Source: Syncephalis fuscata S228 (taxonomy: Eukaryota; Fungi; Zoopagomycota). From it: a DNA stretch of 64,000 nt. A program made the translations under genes and the position numbers. Position 1 is the stretch's first letter. Each line of letters begins with the position of its first letter. The stretch spans positions 744,001-808,000 of the forward strand of contig JAHLTZ010000007.1 of assembly GCA_025786725.1 (NCBI GenBank), in the 5' to 3' direction. Under the pieces are notes generated by a model. That model did no database searches and was not told where the DNA came from. It saw nothing but the letters and a program-made list of their open reading frames with translations. Below are positions 51,852 to 64,000 of the stretch, piece after piece.

Positions 51852-52396
51852 GGATTCTCAAATTCGCTATATTTCCCACCGTTAGCTATAAATATCTATG
51901 TAGATATATTTAAAACCAATTAATAATTATTGTGGTGTAACAGTACTATAGTATTCATACAGCCTGTATGATTTATTGTACTGAATAAAAGACAGCAATT
52001 ATAAATAGATGAATTGATAAAATATTAGTGTTTATTACCGATAGATAATCAAATAGTTTTACAAGTACTTAAATATATGAAAAGTATAGATGTACTGCAA
52101 CAAATTTTCAATGGGCTTTAACAATTAAATAGTATACCTCAGTGTTATACAGTGTAACCATTGACGTATAATGAACAATAGACAATATTTCTACATATTG
52201 CTACAATAGATAGGGTGTAATAATGCCTATAGTGTCCAATACAAGTCAAGTAAATCCATGAGAAATTTTGGGTAAAAGTGTTAATAAAATGATAATAATA
52301 GAATAACATAACAAAAAATAAAAATACACTGATGATAACACAGCCTTTTTATTTTGCAATCAATTTAACGCATCTTACTACTATTTACTTGTCGCA

Positions 52397-55300
52397 ATGA
52401 AAAAGAAGGAAAGGCCGGCCAAGAGTTCAAAGAAAGCAAAGTCAAGTAGAAAACATGGTAGATTATAATTAATATTAGAGTGTGCATTACAGACAAGTAA
52501 CACTGCGTCTTTAGATAGCGACAGCGACCAAAGTGATCTTGGCAGCTGGATGAATGTAGAATTACAAAAAGAACAGACAAATGAATTGAATAGAAAGCAG
52601 GAGGAGGACGCTATGAATGAAGTAGAAGAGGGAATACAAGGGAATAAGTCAAGTATTAAGAAATGCCAGCATATTAAATCGGTTAAAAGTAGAAAGTTTT
52701 TGGATCAAATCAAGCATCTTAAATCGTTAGTTTGTGCAGTAAGTGTTGTAATTATAGTTTGTTGTAATATTGAGCGTTAACAACAGAATAGACATGTAAT
52801 AAGCTAGAGGGTAATCTAAATGATTTATGGATATGTTGTATATGTACAAAGTGTTATTGTAGCAAGCAGCTCAATGGGCATGATAATGAACACGCACAAG
52901 AATACAAACACTCATTAATGATTAATGTTGGCACTGGTGATTGTTGGTATGTAGTAATAAATAATAATTTGATGGCTATACTAACAATTAATCAACATGA
53001 ATTGCTTTAGGTGTTTTGAATGTAATGGTGCATTGCCTATAGCTGATAGACGTATGAGAGTTGTTAGTGAATGGAGTGCATCGACACTTAAACGAGTACG
53101 GAAAATGACAGATAAGAGTGTATCGAGTGAAATAGTAAAAGGTTAAAGACAAACTATGGTTGTTAATATATAATTGCTAATACTGAAATTAGGTGGCAAC
53201 CCGAAAAGAGCATTCCATCAGCGTAATGCGCCGTATAAAAAGCAGCAATTGGGCGTGCACGGTCTGCGTAATCTTGGTAACACCTGCTTTTTCAACTCTT
53301 CGATGCAAGCACTCTCAGTTAGCAATCCATTACAGCAAGCTCTTGAAGCACGTCCACCAACAAGTTTAAAGGATGGCAGCTCTCCATTGATGATTGCTTT
53401 TATTAAATTGCAGAATAAAATGCGAGATGGTTCTAGTGATTTAATCGTTCCATCAGAACTACATAGTGCTATATGTAGGAGATGGCGGCAATTTAAAGGA
53501 TTCCGGCAACATGATGCACATGAACTATTACGCTGTTTATTAGATGGGCTAAGGGAAGATGAATTAAAGGTAATCACAAATGGCTACTACGTGTTTATTA
53601 ATACTAATCGATGGTGAATTATATTTGATAATTACTAATAGTCAATTCGTCATTCTAAAGAAGACGACAAAGAGAAGGAGAGAGAAGATAAAGAGAAGTT
53701 AAAGGAAGATCCAGTTACATTTGTAGATCAAAGCTTTGGTGGCAAGTTGGCAAGTATTGTAATGTGTGAAACGTGCAAAACGGTGAGTAGTACACAAAAT
53801 ACATAGAAACAATAGTACTAACAATAATGTTAATGATAATAATGACAGTGCTCCTACGCCTACGAGAATGTACTCGATGTAGCAGTGCCTATTAGCGATA
53901 ATTTAAAAGTAAATAACATAGAATTACTTTGACCGTTATAACTAACTAATATTTAAAATAGAAGTTGAAAAGCGAAAAAGAGGTACCGGTATTGGACAAA
54001 AAATCTAAACACCAGTGTAAAGTGCGTATAAATAACTATATATATAAAAGTGTATTAATGATTGTAAATAATTAATATAGATGGAGAGTAAAAGAAAGAT
54101 AGTAAAGCCTAACCGTCGTAATAAAAAAGAATCGAAAAGAAAGACGCTAAAAGAAGAAGAGGAAGAAGACGAGCCTGAACCAGAACCAGAAATAGTAGTA
54201 AAAGAACCAGTAGTAGAAGGACCAGTAGTAGAAGAAAAGAAAGATAGTGAAATCAAAATTGAAGTTGTCGATGATGATGAACTGGTTCCAATTCAGAAAC
54301 AAATGGAGAATATTAATTTAGAAGATGCAGTGTGTGAGAAAGAGAAAGAAGAGGAAAAGGAAGAAAATGAAAAGAAAGCCGGATTCGAGGTAGTTGTCGA
54401 TGATAAAGTATCTGAACTACAACAGCATATGAAGAATGTTACATTAGAAGGAACAACGGAAAAAGTGGAAACTATTGAGCAAATAGATAATGCCGATTTA
54501 GATTATGATATGAATGTAGGACAGGGCATGGAGGATCATCAACAGCTGGAAGAGGAGAAGCCGGTAGAAGAGAACCAGTCAAATAATAGTAATTCACTCA
54601 TTCCGCCTCCATCATTGGAGCAGCAGCGGCTTATTACACGTCTGTTTAGCAATCAGATGCATAATAATTCGGCAGCAAGTAGTGTATCTATTACAACATG
54701 CTTAGCAGACTTTACACAAACAGAACTGTTAAGAGAAGATAATCAATTTGCCTGTGAGACATGTTGGAGATTGTTAAATCCAGATGCACAAGCAGAGGAA
54801 GAGGAGGAGGAAGAGAAGAAAGATGAAGACGATCAACTGCAAGAGAATGAAGAAGAGGGCAATATGGACAAGGAGAAATATATAGAGTCAGAAAAAGATG
54901 AAAATACAAGTGAATCAACATTATCCACTGAATCTGTAAAGAATAATAGCAGTACGTTGGATGAAAATTTAAGTGAAGATGAAAAAACGGTGGATAGTGC
55001 AAACGAGAGTGATCAATCAGATATATTAACTGATGCATTGGGCAATTACATTCCAGCCAAGCCCAAAATAACAGCAGCCCAGTCATCAGCCAATACGGCA
55101 AAAAAAGCGGCACCACGTTATGTATTACGTGATGCACGCAAGCGTCTATTGATTTGTCATCCGGCACCTCGTATGCTAATGATTCAACTTAAACGATTTG
55201 AACAAACCATACGAGGTCGTACACGTAAAATTGAACGACATGTTGATTTGGATGCTGAACTAGATTTGACACCATTTATGGTAGCACCAGCACCATCACC

Positions 55301-55601
55301 ACCGAATAACAATAACGAGACACAAGCAGTTGCTGAACACAAGACTGAGACAGCGGCTATTCGCTATCGATTGGTGGCGGTCATTGAGCAATCAGGAGGT
55401 TTGGTGGGTGGACATTACGTGGCGTATGTATTAACAAAGTGTGCTCGGCAAGCAGCATGTGATGATAATGATACAAAAGCATTGGATAGCGCCGATGATC
55501 GGTCATGGGTCTATTGTAGCGATGGCCAAACAAGGCCATCATCATGGGAGGAGGTAGTACGCAGTCAAGCGTATATAGCATTCTATGAGAGTATTGCATA
55601 A
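52397..55601 (+). CDS. Ubiquitin-specific protease with N-terminal ZnF-UBP, USP16/USP45-like
   Basis: KCQHIK...C..C...H...H...W|CFEC zinc finger, Cys box GLRNLGNTCFFNS, QHDAHELL, LKRF, His box GGHYVAYV, SD; long acidic insertion. Confidence 0.92.
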
Positions 55602-56087
55602 TCAGTTTTAATATACCTATATTACAATAAATTATAATAGATTATTTGGTTATAAATAGTGTATTAGTTAATAAGTGTGCAACATATTGGCCAATATATT
55701 TGTAATACGCTTATTATAGATTTATAATTTTACTAGTTTTATTTTATATGTATAATTGGCACAATAATTAAAATTTAGTTAGTTTATTGCTATTGTTCAA
55801 ACAGATACTCAATAAATGGAATTGTTATCGTATTATTGGTGATTAAAACGTTATTTAAGCCAATTAAGCATGTGATACCTATTAAACTAATAATTAAATA
55901 AATTTAGTACACGCTCATTTATTGCTGGTGTTTCTTAAAAACCAAATTAAGTAATATAGTACAAAACATGTTGTTAGGTAATATTATGGCTCACTCATAC
56001 AGATATATGGCAAATAATCACCCTTTTACTGCTGCTCATAGAAGAAGGCCGTGTAGATAGCAATGTCATTTCTTTTCTAAATTTATA

Positions 56088-57128
56088 ATGTATTTGCCAT
56101 TTTTATCAAATCATGGGCGACATTGCCATGATCTGCAAGTAGAGCCCGTGTTGAATTCAGTCACTGTTACATCGAGTTTTAGAACGGCGCCCCTTATTGA
56201 TAGATTGGCGGATAACAATACGGCAAGTCACATCTCCACATCAACCTATTTATCAGGTCGAGCGATGACCAGTATTGATTTGAATAGTGATGTGGATTTG
56301 GAAAGCGAGACTAGCGAAGAGACTGGCCAGTCTTCTGTTCTAGCGCTAATGGTATCATTTCTTTCCTTTTGGCTAGCTCGGCAATTTCAATATTTAGTCA
56401 ACTGTGCAAAACAAGGTGAACCTACCAGCAGAGGCGAGCAACATTTCTGTGTCCCTATGACCCGCTGGGAAGAACAATTACACGAAGAATATCGTCATAA
56501 CATTTGTCTCCAAAAAAAACTATGCTACCTAGCATTAACGCTCACTTTTTCCCCATTATTTTTACTCTTACCAGTCGCGCAACCATTTTGGATTATTGCT
56601 ATTGTTGATCTTGTTTTTCTTATGGGTGTATGGTCGGCCATCATCGTAAGTATAGTTGTTGTATTAAGCATAGCATCATTATACAGCCATTACCTTACAC
56701 TGTAATCTAACGAATACTATTTTTGTATTTAATAGCGCTTGCAGCTAAAGCTGCAGCATATTGCACAGCAACGAAAACGTGCCCGTGCACTTCGTCATGT
56801 ATTTCGTCGCTCCTCTCATTTAGCTCATCATGAGCCATCACGTCCATCTTGGATGGCCACGGAAATGACCACTCATAGTGATAGCCATGGCATGTATTAT
56901 GATCGTAATTTGCGCAGTGTCCAATTACATTTGCAGTCCGACGACTTGGAAGGCCTAGATCCTAATTCAGTTTCACCCGAACTGCTTATTCTACCGCCAC
57001 CTGCTTATCTGGCCGCTACTCGAGAACCACCAGCCTATGCGCAAGAGTTGAGTAAGCCACCTATCTATGCGCTGACATCTGCAGCCATTGCACATGATGA
57101 GTGCACAAATCAGTCAGTGATTATTTGA
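56088..57128 (+). CDS. Membrane protein with C-terminal PY (PPxY) motifs
   Basis: Hydrophobic hairpin, intron ~56646-56735, tail containing PPAY, PPAY and PPIY. Confidence 0.7.
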
Positions 57129-57434
57129 CCATCACCTTTATTTTTCAATATCAACATGTTAATAAAAACGATATATATAAAGATGTAATCTAGAGTATGT
57201 ATGTTTACAAGTATTTTGTTTAACACTTAATAAAAGTTGCTGTTTATATGCTGAATTTAATGCTCAGCAGTTTAGTTGTAAATTATAATGGCTTAGCAAT
57301 GTTAACAGCGTTCTATATGTTGGCAGTATGTTTTATAATAATGCATGTCTTTATTCGTTAATATTTATCTTTCTTACTGCATATTCTGTAATAATGAGTA
57401 GTTTTGGAAGTAAATAATTTTAGTCTTAATGCAC

Positions 57435-58055
57435 TATTGCTTCACTTGTTGTTCTATGATGTATTGACATGTTGGGTAGATTGACTTTTATTATTTACAC
57501 TCCATTTATTAATCAATTAAACTCGGCTGTTTATAAATATTGACTGACAGGGATCACATCTCACAATCTACGTCATCGCATTCCCCTTTCTCTTTCTTCA
57601 CACTTGATATCATATATCCATAGCATATACTTGTACACTTCATATATGCTAACTAGATAGTGTTAGTAGTTAAATGACTACTATTTAAATACAAATACTA
57701 TTTACACTATGTACTTGCATTGCTCTTCCTTAATCTTACCTTTTGAGATTACCTTATTCACTCTGATTATTAGTATTGACACTTTATTGGTATAGTAAGT
57801 ACACTTCTGGCTTATTTGTATGTTATTTTAAGCATACGCTGTTAAATCTCGTTGTATGCTTTGTTTTTACTATGAATCGCATTTGCAAGTCATCTGGCAA
57901 CAGCTTTACAATTCCACCAGTGGGAATGTGATGTGCTAATATAGAGACTGTACAGGCTGCTGTTAGTACGACTTGTAGTGACAAGATCTATAGTAAAATA
58001 AAGTATACAGTTGCTTTGACGGCATATAGCCGCCATAGTCATTATGTACAGTTGC
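57435..58055 (-). mobile_element. Dispersed non-coding repeat, copy B
   Basis: Inverted homolog of 44700-45385 (acaatctacgtcatcgcattcccctttctctttcttcacacttgat...). Confidence 0.6.
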
Positions 58056-58797
58056 TGTATTAAAATGTAAATATAAATGAATAACCAAAGAAAGTCTATA
58101 ATATTGACGATAGAATATATCATTTATTTATATGTTTATATAATTTAAGTTAAAATATACAAAGAAATAGTGATAGCAAACAACTTCTATTACTAAAATC
58201 TAGTTAATAAGAAATAGAAAACAAAGAGCAAACCGAATGGACAAAAGAAGCCACATGAATGATAATAATGAGACTATAGTGTATACAATTGATCAAGTGA
58301 AATGACTTGGGTAATAAAATGATACGTATACTAGATAATAAATCTATAATAATTAATGCAAAAGATGAGAACAACAATACAATATGTTTGCGTTTAAAGT
58401 ACAAAATAATAGAGTATTTGTTTATGTTTGTTTAACCGATGTTAGCCAACATATTTATTAAATAGCATCATTAAAAGAACAAGGGACAAAGTATGGTTAG
58501 TGCTCAAAAGCACCATATTGTGGATGTACTGAACCGTGGTTGTTTAAAAAAAAACAACCTTGGCCAGCCTCTGCATGTTTGTGCTATTCTGCTCTGGTCA
58601 GTGCAGAATGTACTTTTTTGGCTGGATCAAGGTGAGTGACAATACTTGTTATTGTTACAGGCAGCCCTTAAACTACTCTCTTTCTTTCTTGTATCAGTCC
58701 AACGTCTTTCTCTTAGCATTACTCGTTCTTTTCAGCCGTCTCGTTTCCTACTAGCCAACACTATTTGCGTACAATCATTAGCAGTCATCCTTATAGT

Positions 58798-59626
58798 ATG
58801 AGTCCGGAATTAGCCATTCCTCTTATGCCACTGCGGAATTCATCACCTTATTCTGCAGCTGATGGTTCGCCAGCTGGCGCTAAAGCTGTTGCTAAGCCAT
58901 TCGCCTCCCCGCTATCTTCTCTACAAACACTCCGTAACGTTGTTACCTCACCTATCTACACGGCATTTTCTTACGCTTCATTCCTGACAAGTATCACACC
59001 TTCTCTAACTCCTCCACATTCTATCCCACTAGCAATTGCCATGTTCATTTGCACCAAACCAATCGTAGTAACCATAACAATAGAAAATCTACATCCTATT
59101 TACTAAAGAATATTCTGGCTTCATCTCCATCTATAACAACGAATACTTTATCTCCATCTAACATATCGAACCATCATTTATTAACATGCATAATCGACTT
59201 TGAAACGTTAAAACCATTGCTTCCTACTGCGATATTAACTAGAATCTACACAACGCTGATGCACCATCAGCAACGCAGGAACGGGGCACCGACTAAAACA
59301 AAGCATTCACGATCCATGTCGAAATATGACTGCGAGTTAACGGCTTCTTGTATGTCACGCACGACCACGCCATCAGTCGTTGATTCTTCTGTGCCTTTAT
59401 CATCGGCTAGCACTAGGACAATAGTGCCAGTATCTAGTAAAAGTGCTATAAGCTTTAAACATCATTTGTGGGCCAGCTAGTGAAGAATAGAAAGGTTAAT
59501 CCAGTGGTAGGGATTAATGCAACTACAGTGCAAAGTAATATAACAACAGGTACGATGAATACAGATGTCAGTTTAGTGCCTACATCATCATCAATAGTGA
59601 GCCGATTAAAAACGACGCTCAAATAG
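58798..59626 (+). CDS. Possible orphan Ser/Thr/Pro-rich disordered protein
   Basis: Three consecutive GC-richer open frames (MSPELAIPL...; HQTNRS...; GQLVKNRK...LK*) that join only if two indels are assumed; no recognisable domain. Confidence 0.35.
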
Positions 59627-59752
59627 ATGTTAAATTCATATTGGGCATCGTATTATTTTATTGTTTGCTTTGTATTATTATATAAATAACCAATTCATTA
59701 TATTAAATAGTTGCCATAATTAGTGTTATTATGATACATAAATTTATTTGGT

Positions 59753-61438
59753 TTAAGTAAATGTCCATTCACCGCAATCCTCGCACACTTGGCTTTCCAC
59801 ACCACATTCTACTGGAATGGAGAATGGCGCCTTGCTGTCATCGCTAGTAGCCCATGGTATAAAAATGTCTCTAATGACAACAGGGGCGCGATGGTATTTA
59901 ACTGCCGGTAGCCATCCCAGTCCTTGGACAGTGTCGAATAAACAGCGTTTACCAAGATGGCACCGTGTCTGCATTGTATAGCCAGCCCATTGGCAAAGTG
60001 AATTTACTCCAGTGCTTTATAAAATAGATATTAGTTAAATCAGTAATCAAACGGTTTTCAACATACCAAGTTCCCATAAAGATTGGATCAGCATTGTGTC
60101 CAAAATGCCAAATTGGCAATTGAGACCTATCAGTATTACGATCACGTAATACATCTAATAAGCCCAATCGTTTAGCAAATAATGCTTCACCAGGTGCTTC
60201 AAAGGCAAATGCCATTATTTCAGTGTCCATTTCTTCTTTTTCTTCACTGGTACGTGTATTCAAGGTGGTAGTTACCAAAGTTGTAGCCACTAGCGAGGCA
60301 ATAGCACCGCCTAGCGAATGTCCAACGAGTAAAACCTGATGTTCTGGGTGAGCCTCACGAATATGCTCGTAAATATCCTATGTTTGCGCAAATAGTTAAT
60401 TGCTTGACTAATTACTAGTCAGTAGCACATACCATAGCTGCGCTATAATAAGAGCCACGGAAATGAGAGGCAGCAGTGACACATTGTTCATTACATTGCA
60501 ATTTTCCTTGCTGACAGCCGCAATAAGGCCGAGAAAGAATGCCACGACGGCCACAACAGCAGGAAAACATTAGATTATCCTGTATCATGGTGTATATAAC
60601 GATATAACTATTAGACAAAATCACTTTTCCTTAAAACAATACTTACGTTTATTTTATCCTGGCCACCAGTAGATTTCTCACTTTTGCTATTGTGATTAAA
60701 AAAAGGAAGGCTTGTTCCCTTGAACGAAACAACAAGTGTTGAGGAATCATCTGATTCAAATACGTGGGCTCGTAGTCCATTGCCTGTCCAGCCATAGGAC
60801 TGATGTCGACGCCATCCGTCTAGATCTTCCCATTCTTCTGGATCATCATTATCATCGTCGTCATCATTGTCTTGATTGATTGGAAGAGAATTACTCTTTG
60901 GCGGCCCCCAATAAGCGTACATACTCATTCGAGATAACATAAGAACTGTATTGTGATTAACGCTTAATTGGTTGCTGAAAGGCTTAGCAGCATTCATATG
61001 AGCACTATTATCCTCAAGCCATAGGAATGGACCCAGCTCGTCACCGGCCGCATCTTTATACCTATCGTCAAAGTCATGCCTAGAAGACGTATAAGTGTCC
61101 CGCGGATGAGTCATATGCTGTTCTGCAGATGCTAAATCTCGATAGAAAACACGCCCTTGATAGTGCTGGTTGGACAAGGCAGATATCTCATTGTAGTCCT
61201 GCTGATAGATGCGTTTTAATCGAAAATACTGATTTTCTGCTGCCAACGGCGTCGTAGACTCGAGTTTGGCCGCTATACGTTCTCTGGCTTGTTCGACACT
61301 TGTCCACGAATTTGCTGAATTGGTATTGTGGTTGGAGAAAAGGCTGATCAAATGATGCTGGACACTTGACATCCCCTGGTCTACCAATTGTCCCAGTATA
61401 AGTGCCACACCTAGCACAGAGTAGGTGGAGTAATACAT
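59753..61438 (-). CDS. ATG15: Atg15-like vacuolar lipase (class 3 lipase)
   Basis: N-terminal hydrophobic anchor, GLRAHVF, VVSFKGTS, DKIN|DNLMFSCCC, GHSLGG, FEAPG, HFGHNADPIFMG and TRCHLG. Confidence 0.9.
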
Positions 61439-63231
61439 GGCAGATAAGAGCGAATAAAGAAAAAACTAGTTACTAATAGTATGAAAGATAGTGAGTATGA
61501 TACGCAAGCTGTAATGTGGATGTGACTGGGAATAATGGGGAGAATAAAGCATGTGTACAGTAAAAAGATCCCCACTAATCTATGATAAAAACCAGATGAT
61601 GATACCGAATGGATCATGTGATATGCGGTGTTCCAACGTCTTAGCTCCCTTCTATGCACATAAAGCTACTGCATTTTGACTCCTACATTTTTATTTATCT
61701 ATTTCATTACTATAACATGTATAATATTACATCCAACATTAATTGATTCATGTGTAATTAGCAATACAATAATGTGATTAATTAGTTATTTTTATTATTG
61801 CTTTAACATCTATACATTGTCATTATGATATTAATTGTTCAAATGCCATTTATTTAGTCAGATTGGCTATAGGAAAAGTGGCTGTTTAATAAACAACATT
61901 TATACTAATTATATTAATACTGATCTTACATCACAAATATGCCCAGAATGCAACAGTAGAATATTAGAAAAACAGAAGAAATCGTTTAGATGCAATAGCC
62001 CATACTGTACATAGATTCAATAACAACAAACGTGGAATGACATGGAATTGTAATTATATGTCTTCTATTAACATTCAATCAATTTTTTATATATGATCAA
62101 CAACAATAATGATCGGCCTCGTGAATTTAAAGAAATCAAGTAAAAATATTATAACTATGTTGTTGTACATAACAGTACGACCTCAATTGGAATGAATTTT
62201 GCTTTGAGGACTCAAAATGTGGGAGTCAAAGTACAATTTTACCATAGATAATAATAGTGATGGTAGCACCAAGTGGAATGATATGACGTATTACACTTAT
62301 TTCTTGTGTATTGATTTATCAAAACTGCATATCCTCCTCGATTGTTGTTGTTTTTTATTAGATTCTGAAAAGAGTCGTTCATCCAGCCTTATTTGTTAGT
62401 AATAATGCTTTATTTATTATTATTATTATACTACTATTGTTATTATTATATACATATTTTTTAATCTTTATTAAAATTGTACCACAACCTTAGGCGGTGG
62501 AAAATCCATTAGAAGTGATGTGAATCAGTGAAAGCACATTGATGTTCTACTCATCTACGCACGAACCTGTTGTTCTCCAATCATCAACATTACATGTGAC
62601 TGCAACCAAAGTTGTTTTGTATTTTTACGTCAGTTTTCTGTTCTCTTGTTCGCTCGGCGTATACAATGTACAACCATGTATGTGTACACGTATGCATACA
62701 GTTTTTGAAGTTTATGCAGTAAAGTGAACAGCTGATCCTACTGATATTGCTGCAACTAATAAAACTACAGTAGCGATAATAGCTATATGTAACATTGTAT
62801 CAACAATATTGTTTAGAATGCCATCAGAATTCTGATGTTTATAAATGTCAGATGCAGTAACTTGCTGCATTGTTTTGCTAATTGAGTGGCTTGGTATTGT
62901 TAAGGATGACTAAATAGCTGCGTGTAACAGGCCAAAGGCATCTTACGGGAACTCATTGGATCCAAGTCGACAGTCATAATACTGGATTGATCTGTTATGG
63001 ATAACAAGTAAACGTATACCACTAGGCATCTATATAAACCACTCGATCAATTGCACATCTTTACTGGTTGGTTTATTGCGTCGCTAACTCCATTTACTCC
63101 TTTCTATTGAGCTGCTTTCTTTAGCACTAGTTGTTAATACATCTGCATAACATTGATCTCACTCCTTTCTTTTATCTTTTTTTGTAGCTGTTTCACTACT
63201 TCTACTACGACTATTGAACAACAATATCGCT

Positions 63232-64000
63232 ATGCGTATCTACAACTATTCTGTACTGGTAGCCAGTATTGTACTGGCCATAGCTGCTGTTAATACTGTA
63301 GCAGCAGCCGATAATCCTGCGCCAGCAGCGGGTACTACTGCGCCGGCTAATTCCACCACAACAACGACAGCAACCGGCACCAACCGTGTTGTTGGTAACA
63401 TCTGGCCTATACCTTACAAGTATACGACGGGTACAAAGACATTCAGTATTGCAGCCAATTTCCGTTTTGATTGTCAGGGGCCTTATGGCGAAGGTATGAA
63501 GCTATTGGGACTTGCCTGCGATCGCTATCAAAAGTATATCGCACAACCTGACGGACTGCTGCCGGAAGCAAGAACTCGTGAAGCGCCAGCTGGCGAAATT
63601 GCTACGGCAAAGGTTGTTGTAACCAAGCCTGATACGCAGCTCGACGACAAGACTGACGAATCCTACACAATATCCGTAAGCGATGCCGGTGTGACGACCA
63701 TTACAGCAAATACAGTCTATGGCGCCATGCATGGACTTGAATCCTTCACACAGCTGGTCCGTCGAATGGGTAAAGATGGCAATAATGAGCGCTATTTACC
63801 TGGCGTTCCATTAAATATCGAAGATCGACCAGCATTTGCACATCGTGGTGTTTTACTCGATACAGCGCGTACCTATTTCCCAGTCAGTGACATTCTACGC
63901 CAAATAGATGCTATGGCCGTGTCCAAGCTCAACGTATTCCACTGGCACATCGTTGATTCACAAAGCTTCCCGCTTGTCAGCGAGGTCCTCCCACTATTGT
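63232..64000 (+). CDS. Secreted GH20 beta-hexosaminidase (HexA/NagA type), 5' part only
   Basis: Signal peptide, Thr-rich linker, IWPIP, DESYT, YGAMHGLESFTQL, IEDRPAFAHRGVLLDTAR and KLNVFHWHIVDSQSFP; runs off the window, so it is absent from the ORF track. Confidence 0.93.
   Translation, partial: MRIYNYSVLVASIVLAIAAVNTVAAADNPAPAAGTTAPANSTTTTTATGTNRVVGNIWPIPYKYTTGTKTFSIAANFRFDCQGPYGEGMKLLGLACDRYQKYIAQPDGLLPEARTREAPAGEIATAKVVVTKPDTQLDDKTDESYTISVSDAGVTTITANTVYGAMHGLESFTQLVRRMGKDGNNERYLPGVPLNIEDRPAFAHRGVLLDTARTYFPVSDILRQIDAMAVSKLNVFHWHIVDSQSFPLVSEVLPLL

Noticed and set aside
58538-58559. Hairpin ggttgttt-A-run-aaacaacc
   Set aside because: Short stem in AT-rich DNA with no Helitron-type CTRR end or other supporting context.

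Overview
Gene-dense, AT-rich eukaryotic DNA with many short (~50-90 nt) GT-AG introns that have CTAAC/CTAAT branch points. The gene content is fungal; an early-diverging lineage (Zoopagomycota/Mucoromycota-like) is my inference. About 25 genes or gene relics are recognisable: an MSP1/ATAD1-type AAA ATPase, RPL14, a five-member multipass membrane protein family, CCA-adding enzyme, a PPR protein, cyclin H, a GSKIP/DUF727 protein, a FUSC/ArAE membrane protein, an intronless 7TM protein, an orphan 3' fragment of NEO1, a 2-TM DEG/ENaC-like protein, a CAP protein, an ABCC transporter, a secreted tandem-repeat protein, a GcnA-like GH20 with a truncated duplicate, mitochondrial TrpRS, prolidase, a USP16/45-like DUB, a PY-motif membrane protein, Atg15 lipase and a secreted GH20 hexosaminidase. 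Many genes, including RPL14, carry single-base frameshifts best explained as assembly indel errors, so frameshifts alone were not taken as evidence of pseudogenes. The most interesting signals are: an ABCC protein with both ATPase sites degenerate; a channel-like 2-TM protein with DEG/ENaC-type motifs; an intron-retaining NEO1 tail with no parent gene; precise differential intron loss and a 2.9-kb inverted duplication in the membrane family; and a bacterial-type GH20 with a mosaic duplicate. No tRNA, rRNA, CRISPR array or autonomous transposon was recognised. All calls were made by eye without database searches.
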